A DNA stretch of 64,000 nucleotides, taken from Antedon mediterranea (taxonomy: Eukaryota > Animalia > Echinodermata). The position numbers were made by a program, and so were the translations under genes. The notes beneath the pieces are model-generated. The model had not been told where the DNA came from and did not search any database. It was given only the letters and a program-made list of their open reading frames with translations. Numbering within the stretch: position 1 is the stretch's first letter; the number at the start of each line of letters is the position of its first letter. This document shows positions 62,233 through 64,000 of this stretch, piece by piece. The DNA lies in contig NC_092670.1 in the NCBI RefSeq assembly GCF_964355755.1, positions 32,600,388 through 32,664,387 on the forward strand, in the 5' to 3' direction.

Positions 62233-62243
62233 GAACAAGGGCA

Positions 62244-62552
62244 TCAGTTTTGATCATTCATGCAAAGGTTTCCGTCATCTTTAGCGTTGTTACAGCGGCA
62301 TAAAGTTGTACATAGTAGTTTTGACTTCTTGCACCTACATCTATTGTTGGTTATGCATCGTGTCTTGCATCCACAATAAATCATCTCTAACGAAGCAGCA
62401 GGAATAGCTTCATTTTTCAGAAGCACTGGTTGAAGTTTACCATTAGATAGCTCCCAACCAAAAACTGTTGGTGATGGCAAATGCTGGATTGCCGATACAG
62501 TTTTTTTCAATACGAGTGCTTTTGGAAGTGTGCTCTTTTTATGCTGGTGCAC
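62244..62552 (-). pseudogene. C-terminal fragment of an Academ-type transposase (Cys8/CXC zinc finger)
   Basis: LPSPTVFGWE...LQPV...IP...LEMIYCGCKTRCITNNRCRCKKSKLLCTTLCRC. Confidence 0.72.
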
Positions 62553-63099
62553 TGCATCACTTTCTATTGACTATGTCCTACTACACTATCTTTGCTAGGG
62601 TGTCACGAAACCTAAGATCACAAAAGCTAAGACCCCCTAAGACCTAAGATCACGAAACCTAAGACCCAAAACCTAAGATTACAAATTCTACTATATACGA
62701 CAGATTAAAAACAATAATTGTTTATCTATACACAATTTTAAACATAGTATGCTTCTTTTATTAATGCTTTTACCATAAATTTAATTACAAGCAACAACAT
62801 CAAAAGCAGAAATATAAACTCACAATTTTTTCGCCCGTTGAGTTTATACCTTTGTTTCACAACAAATAAACTGGACCGTTTGTTTGTTGATATTTTACTT
62901 CATTGTGTTGGTTTCAGGAGGTGTTTTTTTCCATTTCTCATCTGCATTGTATTTTGACTCCTAATTAATTCAACTAACTTTATTCTGAATACCATACCTT
63001 TGGAATTAGGCCTCATAAGTACTTTTATGAAAGAGATTCACATAAAGAGTAACAAATAAATACTTGGAATTATTTGTAAATAAAAATGTGTGATTTTAC

Positions 63100-63645
63100 A
63101 GACGTGTTTCTTGCACTCTCGCCTACTCAACTTTCAATATTTTCGTTTCTATGGAGCGCCAAAAGAGCAACAATAGAGAGTTAAAAACTCGATGAAATGA
63201 GTCTACATTTAATGCATTTATTAGTGAAATGCACATTTAATTTGTTCAATATATTTTGTCAATTTGTCAATAAAAATTCTGTAATATGTTACTGCTGATA
63301 CTTTTCTATTTTCAAAGAATATTAATCGATCTTAAAATCAGCATCATTACTTACACTAGGCCTAGTCATAAGGGCTACCTAAAGGGATATGATGAATTTG
63401 TCGATTTTATTCTTAAAGTTAACAAAACCGTCGTGTAAAGTATCAACAGTAACATTTTATTTGTATTAACAGTGACAAAATATATTGAATTGAACAAGAT
63501 TTTCACCAAAAAAATTAGTTAAATAGATGGATTCCACCACATAGTTTTTTGCCGTCTATTAATGTTGCTCTTTTGGCGTTCCATAGAAACAAAATATTGA
63601 ACATAGAGTATATGCGAAATTCGCATGAGAAAAACGTCTTTAAAG
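63100..63645. mobile_element. Palindromic MITE
   Basis: TTCAATATTTTCGTTTCTATGGAGCGCCAAAAGAGCAACA vs TGTTGCTCTTTTGGCGTTCCATAGAAACAAAATATTGAA. Confidence 0.65.
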
Positions 63646-63709
63646 ATTGCTTGAAAAAATTGTCGTTGTCATATAGCCGGGTGAATATCCGACCTAATTG
63701 CGTTGCGTC

Positions 63710-64000
63710 CAGGGGTGGCGCCAGGATCTTCCCGACGCGGGGGCTACATTCCCCGACGAGGGGGCTATGCGAGCGAAGCGAGCATCACTAGGCTGGGGGC
63801 CAGGGGGCCGCCAAGGGCCCCCGGTGGGGGTCCAGGGGGCGAAGCCCCAGGAAGCAACGCGTTCTAGCGTCATTTGAGGTCATTTTAATCAGATTTAGGG
63901 TAGCCATTTTTTCCATTTTTTATAATGCATAAATAAAATACTGCGTGCAAAAAAACGATGCGCGATGACTGTTTCAATCCATATTTTTCAATTTAAAAAA
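63710..64000 (+). mobile_element. 5' end of a GC-rich, CAGGGG-terminated (hAT-like) element, truncated by the window edge
   Basis: CAGGGGTGGCGCCAGGAT...GCGAGCGAAGCGAGC...GGGGTCCAGGGGGCGAAGCCCC. Confidence 0.55.

Larger units (their letters stand above)
58395..62597 (-). mobile_element. Academ-like transposon deletion derivative with nested insertions
   Basis: 20-bp inverted termini GCAAAGATAGTGTAGTAGGA (left one split by a MITE; right one begins TAG on - strand); internal Cys-rich ORF remnant 62244-62552. Confidence 0.6.

Overview
AT-rich eukaryotic genomic DNA with GT-AG introns. A tail-anchored CMAH and Deu-domain SINEs suggest an invertebrate deuterostome, most likely an echinoderm (inference). 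Three genes are supported. (1) The 3' half of an integrin beta subunit (+ strand, 11 shared exons 532-7459) ending in two alternative last coding exons, one encoding an NPxY/NPxY tail (8554-8628) and one an NPxF/NPxF beta2-like tail (9255-9350). (2) A histamine H3/H4-like aminergic GPCR with an intronless ORF (- strand, 15883-17064). (3) A complete 15-coding-exon CMP-Neu5Ac hydroxylase (CMAH, - strand, 21831-44883, 639 aa) whose last exon encodes a C-terminal membrane anchor. The remainder is dense with minisatellites, SINEs, LINE fragments and DNA transposons: a Merlin-like element with ~0.8 kb TIRs and 8-bp TSD, an Academ-like derivative carrying nested P-like and Helitron insertions, Helentron-type non-autonomous elements (HINEs), and Kolobok-, Harbinger- and hAT-like MITEs. 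Exon boundaries were read by hand from splice sites and frame continuity. Transposon superfamily calls rest on terminus/TSD rules and recalled family motifs; no database searches were run.
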